Source of the DNA: Azolla caroliniana
Lineage: Eukaryota; Plantae; Polypodiophyta
Assembly (NCBI GenBank): GCA_043228905.1
Contig: JBHGNT010000011.1
Coordinates: 21,452,001-21,516,000 of the forward strand
DNA: 64,000 nucleotides
Reading direction: 5' to 3'
The notes under the pieces were generated by a model. It was not told the DNA's origin. It ran no database searches and saw nothing but the letters and a program-made list of their open reading frames with translations. Position numbers and translations under genes: made by a program. Below, piece after piece: positions 40,721 through 52,000 of this stretch; within the stretch, counting starts at the first letter, position 1, and the number at the start of each line of letters is the position of its first letter.

Positions 40721-42540
40721 TCAACTCTTCAAGAGCACTTTGCCACCCCTTCCTACTTCTTCTGACTTTTGAATAGCAAGCTTGAAATCTGAAAGATCAA
40801 ATACTGCCCCCGTGTATGGCTCTAAGACTTTGGACTCAAGAAGCTTCCAAACTTCTTCCACAAATTCATTGCGTCTTTCTTCAACACCCCAGTAATTAGA
40901 GAGTATCCAGCCAGTCACACGAACTTGTCTGAAAAGGTCATTTATACGTATAACTGCTTCATCTGCCGAAAGCACACCATACACAAAGACTTGACCTCCA
41001 CGTCTCGTGCTTGCAAGAACACTCTACCCACGGAAAAAATGCAACAAAATTAAAGAAAAAACATATGTTAACCCATAACAAATAATAACAACATATGTTT
41101 CTATGGAAAACATACCTTTGTCAATACACCACCAACACAATCAAGGGATCCATATGCAAGTTTCCTGCCTGTTATTTCTTTCACCCTAGCAACAATATCT
41201 GATTATCAATGGAGGACAGCATTCGTTTAGCACAACTCCCTATATGTGCCTTCGAATCCAGACAATCAAGAGTGCATGATTTTCACTTAAGAGTTTCACC
41301 TTCTGTTGTAGAGCAAATCGCCTCGTCCGCACCAAGCAATCTCAGTTCCTCTATTTGCTCTGCTCGTCTCACTACATTGATGGTCTTAATACCCCAGTAT
41401 TTAGCGAGTTGTATTATCTGCCTATAAAATATACCAAGAACATCAGGGCAAAAGCATTTTGCTGACATAATGAGCACGATTTGAGAATTCTGCATTTTCC
41501 AGTGTTTGTGAACAACTACATTTTAAATATCACACTGAGGCTCCTAAATACAGTCAAAATTTTCTTTATTTCTTCCAATGTCCATGATTTTCTGTCAGGT
41601 GACTTTTGAAGATGAAAGGAAAACGGGATGCATTAAGTTTTTCATTGCTTGAATACCACATATAATTAAGAAAAAGTAGATAAATTGACCATACAATATA
41701 TAAATGCTCTAGACCAAAGGCATTTGGGGGAACAAGTAAAAACTGGACACTCAGGAAAAATACTAAAAACTAAGGATATTTTGGTGCCTTCCAAAATTTC
41801 TTTACCTTCCTAGGACAGACCCAGCAGCAGTCTGAAGAATATACTCTCCTCTCGGCACAGCAAGATCCTTCAGCATACCATAAACGGTCCATGGATTGAT
41901 GATGAATTGAGAAGCTACTTCATTTGGTATGGAATCCGGAACTGGGGCAAGCATGTTCTCCTTGACAGATACATATTCTTGCCATGACCCCCCACCTCCA
42001 TGTAGCAGGCTATCCCACATAAAAGGCACTACACGATCTCCCGGTTTGAATCCTTGTACACCTTCTCCAATCTACAAGATATCATGGCACCAAAAATAAA
42101 CATCACTTATGATCAGCTTCAATTATATGATGGACCTGAGTTTTTGGCAAAACATTGCTAATCTTTTGGGTAATGTACCAAAAAGGCCCTCTTAGTAGTA
42201 AATTTTGTACTACAAAGAGGTATTATTGTCATTTTTTAATTCTTAGGGGTATTTTACTACAAGGAGGTATTATGGTAAATTTTGGAAATTCAAGAGTTTT
42301 TCGGAAATTTACCTTATGAATGATTCCATATCCTTCTGAACCAGGAACAATTGGTTGGTTTGTATACCGAGCGTACCTTCCAGTGCGGATGGCAACAAGA
42401 TCGGTCGGGTTGATAGGTCGAAGTTTAATTTGAACAACAATATGTCCTGGTTTAGCATCTGGTATTGATCTTTCTACCACTTTTAAGGTGCTCTCCGGTT
42501 CGTCATTATTGAAACCATCTTGTACAATGGCCCTATACAT
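40721..42540 (-). CDS. MDR-superfamily enoyl-reductase-like oxidoreductase, copy B, 333 aa; exons 42540-42313, 42071-41806, 41421-41300, 41198-41116, 41023-40721
   Basis: Same motifs and the same exon lengths (228/266/122/83/303) as copy A. The frame is intact. Confidence 0.92.
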
Positions 42541-43691
42541 TGATTGCTCAATTCTCTATGCACTGGAATAAAAAGGGAAAAGAAATTCAAATTTCATTTA
42601 TTTAAAACTAAGAGAATTTAACATAGAAAAGAAAAACTACAAAGGAATGAAAATTTACGATAGAAAAGAAAGACCTATGGTTTCACCCTACATATGTTGC
42701 ATATTCAAATAAGCATTTTGCCAAACCTGAATCTGAACTTTCATTCTGAATCTCTCTTATACTTTCATTTCTATAATTCATCTTCTGTCAATGTCATTCT
42801 ATTCCTTCATAGGACTTCAATCAAGGATCCTCCTTTTTAGTGAACAAAAATGTTAAGCCTCCATTGAAGTGATTCAAGAATTGATGGTGTGATGAATCCT
42901 TTATAATTTTGGAATGCAACGTGGGCAAGACTGACATTCCAAACTCTTTTTCCTTGTCTAAACCAAAACAAATGTGTATGTTTTTTCTCCATAAAACTAG
43001 GTTTCTCAACCTCGTATTCCTAAAATTTTAATAGGAAAAGCCTCTATTTATCTCTTACAAGTCCTTGAATCTACTCATATCAAGCCTGACACACGTTCAA
43101 AGTTTTTCGAAAGTGGATCATAAATTGACTATATGCAAATTATTAAGTGTAGGTAGTTTAGAGCCATTATTACCCAAAACATTTGCGGGTCTGTATTGAA
43201 AATCAACACTTCATTAATTCATTATATACACAACAGTTTCATGGAAACCCTACTTTTGAGCTTCAAATATGATCACACAGATGAAGCAGTCCAATCCATT
43301 GAAGCATCTTATGCAGTATTACGAAAATTTAATAATCATATAGATCAAGGATCCACTTGGTAAATAAATAAATTTCAATTTGTTTCTGCTTTAATGTACT
43401 TATGCTCAATTTGTTCTCCTCGCATTCAAACTCTCATTTTCTCCTTTCAATTTTAGAGTTGGAGATGAATCAAAATGGTGGTGGTAGTTAGCAAAGATAT
43501 TGATATGAGCAACAAGCAACAACATAAACAGAATGCGAAAAGAGTAGCAGAAATAAAAGCTAAACATTGCAGAACATAGCTTTACCTTCGAGAAGAAGAT
43601 CGGGAAGGAAACGAAGCTCACATGAAAGAAACGCAGCGATAGGTGTACATGATGTATGGATGTTGAATGCAATTATTCACATTGTTACAAT

Positions 43692-44729
43692 CATTGAACG
43701 TAATATTCGTGTTCGTGGTAGCATTCAAACGTTTGAATACGTTTGGAAACGAACACGTTGGAAAGGGGAAAAATACGTGTTCCTTTTTTTTTTTTACTTT
43801 TTTTTTACTTTTTTTTACTTCTCTCTCTCTCTCTCTCTCTCTCTCCTCCTCCTCATGAATCTTCTTCTGCTACTCATGATCAAAACGCCACTCATCCGCC
43901 ATATCTTGGTGACCATGATTTCTCCAACGATTCTGTTGTGTCTTCGGGTATGGCTATGGCGTTCTTCTTTACAACGACTCTGCCGCCAGGCCATGGATGC
44001 AGTGATCCATGGTTTCTGCTACATCTCAGCCTCCTCAGTATAATTCATGGGGAGCAATGGGGAGCTCTGGGCAGTAGGTATGGCTCATGATCGTGGAGAG
44101 GATGAGGGAGGAGATCCTTAGAGCTAGGGACATGCTCAGAGCCAACATTAATCTCAAGAACACCGTGATGATGAGCAAGAAGAACAGAAGCTTGATCCAC
44201 CATGTCGACGAGAATCAGATGAATCATAGTCATGGTGATCCTCATAATCAGATGAATGATAGTCATGGACCATGGTGATCCTCAAAAACAAAATCAGAAT
44301 CAGAGTCATCATGATGATGGCGATGATCAGAAAAATATGAAGAATATGAAGAATATGAAGAATCTGAGGACAAAGAGAAGGAAGTGAATGGTCTTGGGAA
44401 TACTGCCATAGAAGTTTGAAGCTTTAGCTCATAACACTTGCCACTCTCTTGCTCTGTCCCCCTCTTTCTCTCTCTTTCTAATGTTTAGTATTTTAAGCAT
44501 TTCTAAAGTATTGAAACTACCTGCCACTCTCTTGCTCTGTCTCCCTCTTTCTCTCTCTTTCTAATGTTTAGTACTTTAATAATTTCTAAAGTATTGAAAC
44601 CTATTACATGTGATTCAATCAATACCATTCTTATGTATCCAATCCAACGTTAAGATGATTTACCATACACGTATTATTGAATCATTCGCGAATGCGAATG
44701 CACGTATGATACGAATGGTTCATTCTATG
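43692..44729. mobile_element. Non-autonomous hAT-type DNA transposon carrying a captured gene fragment (Pack-hAT)
   Basis: 8 bp target-site duplication gttacaat (43684-43691 and 44730-44737). Imperfect TIRs cattgaacgtaatattcgt and rc catagaatgaaccattcgt. Absent from the paralogous site in unit A (about 39060-39085). Confidence 0.8.
43850..44387 (+). pseudogene. Decayed coding fragment inside the hAT element
   Basis: One frame reads FGYGYGVLLYNDSAARPWMQ*SMVSATSQPPQYNSWGAMGSSGQ*VWLMIVERMREEILRARDMLRAN... and, after a frameshift, ...KNMKNLRTKRRK*. It is GC-richer than the flanks. Confidence 0.55.
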
Positions 44730-45253
44730 GTTACAATCCAATCGGGTTTTGGTTTCATGTGTAGCCATATAAACGACCAGGTTCAATGTATTGTGCCTCG
44801 GGAGACTATGGTTCCTTTGCATTATAATGGTTAATACTAAGCATAGATAGGTGATTGATTGTGGGGTTCATACAGGTTATTAACAATTCCTCTGAGTCAC
44901 CTCTTACCTTGAGTCCCATCTTCTCTTTGTGTATTAGAGTTGCTCTTGCGTCATTGTTTATCGATTTATTGATGACCATGTTGTATTTTGATGTGTTCAT
45001 CACCGATGCTCTTGTGATCGTTCAATGCCCTTATCTATCACTTATGCGATTCATTCACATCTTAGGGAGGCTATCCAAATCAACCTTATTCGTTCCATAT
45101 CTATTTAAGACTTTATTTGTTGCATCACAACTTGCCTCGTATCCATCTCATACATCTAAATCCAACTTTATTAGGTAGTGGGCATATGACTTAACTTGTT
45201 TTGTCACCCCTCTTGCAATAGGACAATCAGTATTTTGTTTCATTTATTTTCTT

Positions 45254-45332
45254 TAAATTTTGGCTGGAAAAGAGGTGGTAGTATTCAGTGATGCTACCCG
45301 CGCAGCTTCGATTACTAAAATACTCATTAGAG
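45254..45332 (+). pseudogene. chlB: Plastid chlB fragment (NUPT)
   Basis: Translates to LAGKEVVVFSDATRAASITKILIR, against the ChlB consensus LTGKKAVVFGDATHAASxTKILARE. Confidence 0.85.
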
Positions 45333-45405
45333 TAAACACGAGGGTTGTGCTCATTGCCGAACTTAACCCAACACATTACAGCACAAGTTGACAACAGCCA
45401 TGCAC
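45333..45405 (-). pseudogene. rrn16: Plastid 16S rRNA fragment (NUPT)
   Basis: taaacacgagggttgtgctcattgccgaacttaacccaacacattacagcacaagttgacaacagccatgcac is the reverse complement of plastid-type 16S (about nt 1050-1120), mostly with C>T/G>A changes. Confidence 0.9.
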
Positions 45406-46044
45406 ATCGTAATTCTCACACTAGCAATCGGAAAGATAATGTCACCCACTCCCTTGCCATGCCAATTTTTTATCATGTGGTTTGCTTCATACATGTGCTT
45501 GTACAGTTACTTATGGATTACAAGTTGCATTGAACACTTAGTGCATGATATTTTGTACAATTAACATTTCTACAAGAGAAAAGTTGCACTCACCAAGGGT
45601 TTAATGCATTTCACACCATCCAAAAGCCAAAAAACATGAACATACCACTGAGAAAACTTTACTTTTGTTATCGTGTATAGTTTCAATCTTGATACATGTA
45701 AAACTCTATATATCCATTTTTCACTATAAACACAATTGGTAACATTTACCTACAATCAAAAAAATGAAGATGCACAACAACTAACAATGGGTCCTATATC
45801 ATTTATTCGATAAGCATTTGCTAGACTTCATCTGATTCAGTCAATGTAGGAAACATGGTTGTCTCTCTCTTGCGTGCATACACACAACCTTTTAGCTTCA
45901 TTTGTATTTATTTTCTTCTTGTACAAATACCTATACATAGTAAAAAGTTATGAATGAAGTTTTAATATAGTAAACTTTGTTACAACTCTGTTCTCAAAAA
46001 GAACAATCAATGTCTTCTGTGCAAAAAGGTTTTTTAATGAGATA

Positions 46045-49000
46045 TTACTTCTTCATGACTGAATCTAACCAGCTTCTCTCTCTTGTTATCACATGGCCAC
46101 AACTTAAAATCAGTACTCTTGGTCCATAAATTTCTTTAGTCTTACTTCCAGACTCATCATTAGATTCATTTTTTCTTGAAAATCTCTGCTCCTTGGTATA
46201 TTGTATCTGTTAACATCATACATAAGTACATAGATAGAAACTTAGTACACATTAACACTGCCCACATGTACAGCGGTAAGTACACTTAACAAGAAAATGA
46301 AATAGTATTAATTGTGATGTGTGAAATTGAATCATGATAAAGAAGTTTTCTCCAAAAAATGAGCATAATAACAGATTTACCTAACATGCATTCATGATGA
46401 TGAAGAAATAACAAAACTATATATAAATAAAGAAATTACCTGAATATCATTCTTCCCGGTTCCATATAGAGTGACATCTCCAATGCCAGCATCAATCTTT
46501 ATCTATGGAAATACCTAAAATGTGTCAAAAATTATGATGGTGAATAATCTGCACCAAAGAATCCATGCTGGGTTCAGAGGCACATACCTCTTTGGCATTT
46601 TCTAACAGTTGCAGCTCAATATTGCCTCCATTGGAGAATATCTCAGCATTTCTATTACACAAATCTCGTGATTAGCTTTTATTACTGAGAAAATTTGCAT
46701 AGTAAATTTGATTTGAACCAGAAAAATGATAACATACCCATCTAATCCACCAATTTTGATATTCCCACCATCACTAGAGACCTGTATGCAATCCAAACTA
46801 TAGTAATCAACAGAGATCCTAAACGAGATAATTAATAAAAACTGAAGATTATAGAGAAAAAAATTTATAGAACCTAAGTATGTGGGCAGAGCTAGTTGTG
46901 ACAAACCCAAAAAGGAAGCACACAAAAGACATGTAAAAGAGAAGAATTTCTGCTTCATTTGATATAGATCAATATGGTATTTTTGACAATCTCAAAAACA
47001 AAGCTTGCTTAAAGTGAATTTTTTGTGAAATCAGTAATTTCCCAATCTATAATAATCAAAGACGAAAATCTACTTTATACAAAATAATCCAAAACAAATA
47101 TGATACACGCTTACAATTGCCTTTCCTTGTGCTTGAATATGTTTTATGTCAATGCAGCCGTGTCCAGAGTTGAGTTTTACATCTAAAAATTCCAGAAGAC
47201 TCAAAAATTATAAATGCTTTCAAAATGGTTGAAAACCTAGAGTTGATTTAGAGCTATGAATGGAGAGAGATGTACAAAATACATCTGTTGTTCGAATTTG
47301 TTCCTACAGATATTGCACATCCTGTATGAGAACAGTAATATCTAAAGAGAGGTCACGGAATCACAGGGAGAACATTTATGCAGTTACTTTTACCTCCTCC
47401 ATAGACTGAACCAATGATCATTTCTCCACCATTAGTATCTATATCCATTCCTGTTCCGATAGCCTTGTTTAAGCTGAGGTTACCACCATCAGTTCTGATC
47501 TCAAAAATACCAGAAATCTGCAAAGATAACCATAAGCTATGTCAGTAGAATGTGCTTGACCTCAGTTCATCAATTCAGTACTCTTCAGATGCTCCACTCT
47601 CTATAGACATGGCTTCCATTTCTAGTTGATTGCAATACAATTTGATTACATGGCAAACATTAAACGCATTCTTTGCCAGCAATAACGCAATATGCCATAA
47701 TGTGTCATCTTTTCTATTTTTCATCGTCCAATTCTTCACTCCAATTATTTCCTCCAGGGTTTCCAAAGACAGGGGGGCGGGGGGGTACAATGAAACAGGG
47801 AAATATTTGAAGTGAATGTTCTGCACAACCTTAACACTCATTCTATCAATTCCCTATTAATGTCACGAATAGTAGCACCATAACCTTTGAGCCACCTTTC
47901 GTTAGTGATTGGCTATTGCATAAATTTATTCTTTAATTACCACTTCATTCAAACTTTAGATCTTTTACTAACAGTTTCCAATACAACTTTTCTAGTTTAT
48001 TGTCACTGTGCTCAACTTATAAATCAAAACATACACCAATAATGTTGTCGTTTACTTATTTGCAAATTATCCCCAAGAGAAGGTTTAGAAGACTATCAAG
48101 ATGAAATACCAGTCCAGCAATGATAGATCCTCCACTAGACTTGAAAAAAGCTTCATTTCCTCGCAGTGCTCCTAATCATATTTTAAAAAACACATTGAAA
48201 ATTTTTGGGAAAACCCATGATAGTAAGCAAGCATTGTAAGGTTTCCAGATGAATTTTCAAGTTAAAGCATGTTATCAAAGAAAACTCACCAAGGTTTATA
48301 TTACCACCAGTTGTCGTGACATGGGTATTAGCCTCTTTCTGTATAGAGTTTGTTAAATCTAAAGTTCTTACAGTTTCAGCAGTTATCGTCTAGTACAACT
48401 AACACAAAAACAATAGCACCATACACACCATATCTTGGATGATTACATCACCCTTGCCAGCCTGAAGAACCAAGTTGCACCATCTTCCTGGCATAACAAC
48501 CCCTAATGTCTGCAAATTATCCTTTTCCTCACCATATTCCAGAGAAACACCTGCAATATTTCAGGGTAAAATGAGTTTCAGCCTTTTTCCAGACCGCTCC
48601 AACTTGATACGCCACATGGCAAGAGCTTTCAAGTTTCAAAGGGGATATGGCAACATAAACGTAACTTTTCCATGCCAATAAAAATACAGAATTAATTTTT
48701 ATAATTATACAAGCTTTAATACCTTCATAAAAATCAAAAACTTACCTTGAACGTAAGATATCAAATTGCTCATCAAAATATAAAGAAATTCGACTAGATG
48801 GCCAATTTAGAAGGGAAAAAATGAAGAAATATGGAATGATTGCCAAAAGTCAGGCAACTAACTCAAAATTACTGTCTGTCGTAAAAAGGATCTGCTTATT
48901 GAATTAGACAATCGACTTGAATTCAGGTAATTTGCTGTACAAAGTAGTTTGCATGTCATATCACTATCAAACCATTTGATCCTCTCCCTGAGAAATGAGC

Positions 49001-52000
49001 TCAAAGATCTTTACATAGCATTGCCATGAGCCCCCATGTTCGCCACCACCAATTTGAGTGTGATCTATTGTCTAGAAATACCCAGCTCTATAGTTTGAGG
49101 CAGTTTCTCTAGATGGCAAATTTAGAAGGGAAAAACAAAGGAATACATGCACAGGACTAAGGAAAGATTACCAAAAGTCAGGCAAATAACTTAAAATTAC
49201 AGTCACTGATTGACCTAGCACAATCGACTTGAAACAACAATTCAGGTAATGTAGTGTAGAAGTAGTTTGCATGCCATATCACCATGAAACCCCTTGATCC
49301 TCTCCCCGAGAAATCGGCTCAAATATCTTTACATAGCATTGCCATGAGCCCCCATCCAGTTCTATAGTTTTCGGCAGTTTCCCTAGAATGAGATCAGCCA
49401 ATACACTGATAGGTGACGCACAAGTTCCACGGACGAGTGATATGAGATCACAATTGATCAAATCAGCATCAACCAAAAGAATTGATAACTCTTGACAAAA
49501 TACCACAAGACATGAATCAAATTTAAAGTTTAGACTAGATCTTCATCACAACAAACAATTTGAGAGCTGTCATGAGAGGCAATCACAATATCCTACAAGA
49601 TTAAGGTTTGATGACTCACAAAGATGATTATTTTTCATGTTGAGGTTGAAAGGAGAGATTATATTCATGTTATGCTTCCACCATGCCTACAAAACATTCA
49701 AGATACATATTATGCAAGAGGCCTCTTTTAATTATAAAACCAAATTGAGTTTCTTTTGAAATAGAAGATTGAGTGCCATCCAAGCATTTCTAAAGAGTTG
49801 TTGCTTTGAAGTACTGGTATAGGGCACATACACAAGGAAACAACTATAAAGTCTTAGAAAGGGGGATATATGTGTAAGAGTGAACGTGATTACAGAATCC
49901 AAACTGGGCTTAATTTTCACTAGAAGTTCCAATCATCCACTGAAAATGGTTAAGTGAAATAACGTGTGGAAACACAAATATATAAGACACAACGAGATTG
50001 AAAACTAAACATAAAAATTAGTACGACAAGCAAGAACTTATGCTCACTAAATGTTCTTTATGCTTAAAATTGACAGGATCTCGAAGCTACCATTTTTTTC
50101 TCATTATGGAGGAAGATCTTCAATAGCAGAACCCCTGAAATTTTGACAGGATTAAGATCCAAGGTGGAGGAAGTGGTTCAGGATTTATTCTCTATTATCC
50201 CATTCATATCCTCTGGAATATTATCATCATCTACACCCACAACATCATTCTTGAATTTCTGTTGGATCCTCTAGAAGTGCTAGAAGTTCTGGCTCCCAGT
50301 CTGATGGTGATATTGTACAGGTTTCCAAAACTCTCTCCAGGGTATTTGATCATTGAAGGATCCACTGCCTAACTAAGTTCTTGGAAATAATCCCCTCTAG
50401 CATACCAATCTCTGAAAATTATCTCTGCCAACAAGTATTACATAGTTGGATACAAAAAACCAATCTCCAAAAGACATTTTGTTGTGTCCCACAATAATAA
50501 GTTTGCATGACTTCTGAAAGTAATAGACAACATGAAACTTAATACCAAAGCATGCCTCAAATAGAGCCCTCTTAATACCCACAGTCATAGTGACCACATT
50601 ATCTAGGACCAAATCTTTGGCAGAAGATCCAACCATTTTCAGATGGTGAACCTATATTTGTAAACTCCCTTTCAATGCCCTTTGAAGCAATTAGTTATGC
50701 CATCTCTCCTGAAGTAAATTCTCCACCTTTATTTTCACTGTGTCAAAATTCATCCACCAAGGATAGCCTCTTTGAAGCTAGGAAATGTACATACTTCTAT
50801 TGATGAAAGAACACCAAAATTCACTGATAATCATCCACAATACACATTATGTTCTCTCTGCCCTCAAGTGTCACAGGTGGCCCTGACCCACACAACTCTG
50901 AGTGAATCAGTTCCAATGGCTAACTGGCCCTTCCAGGAGTCCTTTTTCAAAAAGTATATTGATACTGTCTGTTTTTCTTTTATATAAGTGATACACTTGC
51001 CTTCGGCAATCTCAACATTTGGCACACCTGTTACAATTGAGACCACCTCAAGAGATACTGCAAATTGAGTCATGCAATTCACACATGCCATAAGCTTGAA
51101 GGGGACAGAAAGGTAATTAGCTAGAGCACCAGCTTCCTGTAACTTCTACATGCCTCTTTCCACAGTTCCTTCACATACTAATTTCCTGTCACCCATTTGT
51201 GACTGTTCATTTACGGAGAATGGGCTGGATCAAGGGCTCTCAGGACAAAGTCAGTCGATGTCATCTTCATCAGCGTCATAGGATTGAATTTTAGGTCACT
51301 ATCTGAACTGAATAGCTGTAGCCTTTGTGATTGTCTTTGCTCAATCATCAGTGGGTTAAAGTTAAGAAAGTTGAAGTCGGATCCATTGACCAGCTTCTTT
51401 CTCAATCCATTATTGATTCAGTCCAAAAAACTGACGTAGAGAAACAAACAACCAGAACTTATCAATGAGTTAGGATGGGCCATCATCCTCAACTACCAAC
51501 TTTCAATAAAATCCCTCCCAGAAACTAAACCTATTTATCATGAAGTATGGCTTCTGTGCTGGGCATCCTTCTCTGATATTTGGATTACCCATTCCATGCC
51601 ATGTGTTTTTGGCATCACTGCATATTAAAGGCTACATAGTTCATATTTTATCCTTTTGTAACAATGTAAAGTACTCTTGGCTAACCGAGTGTCTTGCTTT
51701 TACACTATGTTATATGTCTTTCTGGCATTACCATTTCACTTTTGGATCTATTTCTTCGACTAATCAACTTCTTCTATAGTTAAACAAAATAAAAAATAAA
51801 CTATTAAATTTTTCGTTCCAAAAAAATGAACCAGAAAATGAAAACTTTATTAGATAATACTTTTTCTCATCATATAATTTTCTAAATGATCTTTACTAGA
51901 TAAGAAAACCTAAACACGTCTTGTACAATGCCAACTGATGCAAACCAAACTTACCTTTAACTCTATTTCCTCGAAATTATCTGATGTCCAAACATTCATT

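Larger units (their letters stand above)
34700..45585. repeat. Tandem segmental duplication: unit A about 34700-39746, unit B about 39839-45585
   Basis: Collinear similarity across the 3' flank, all exons and introns of the MDR gene, and about 2 kb of 5' flank. Unit B is longer because of later insertions. Confidence 0.93.

Noticed and set aside
45333-45405. Bacterial contamination or a real rRNA gene
   Set aside because: It is only 73 bp, decayed by transitions, plastid-type, and embedded in a nuclear duplication.
47283-47321. 39-nt candidate cassette exon in the DUF4097 gene
   Set aside because: It preserves the frame, but the donor is weak and the repeat pattern reads better without it.
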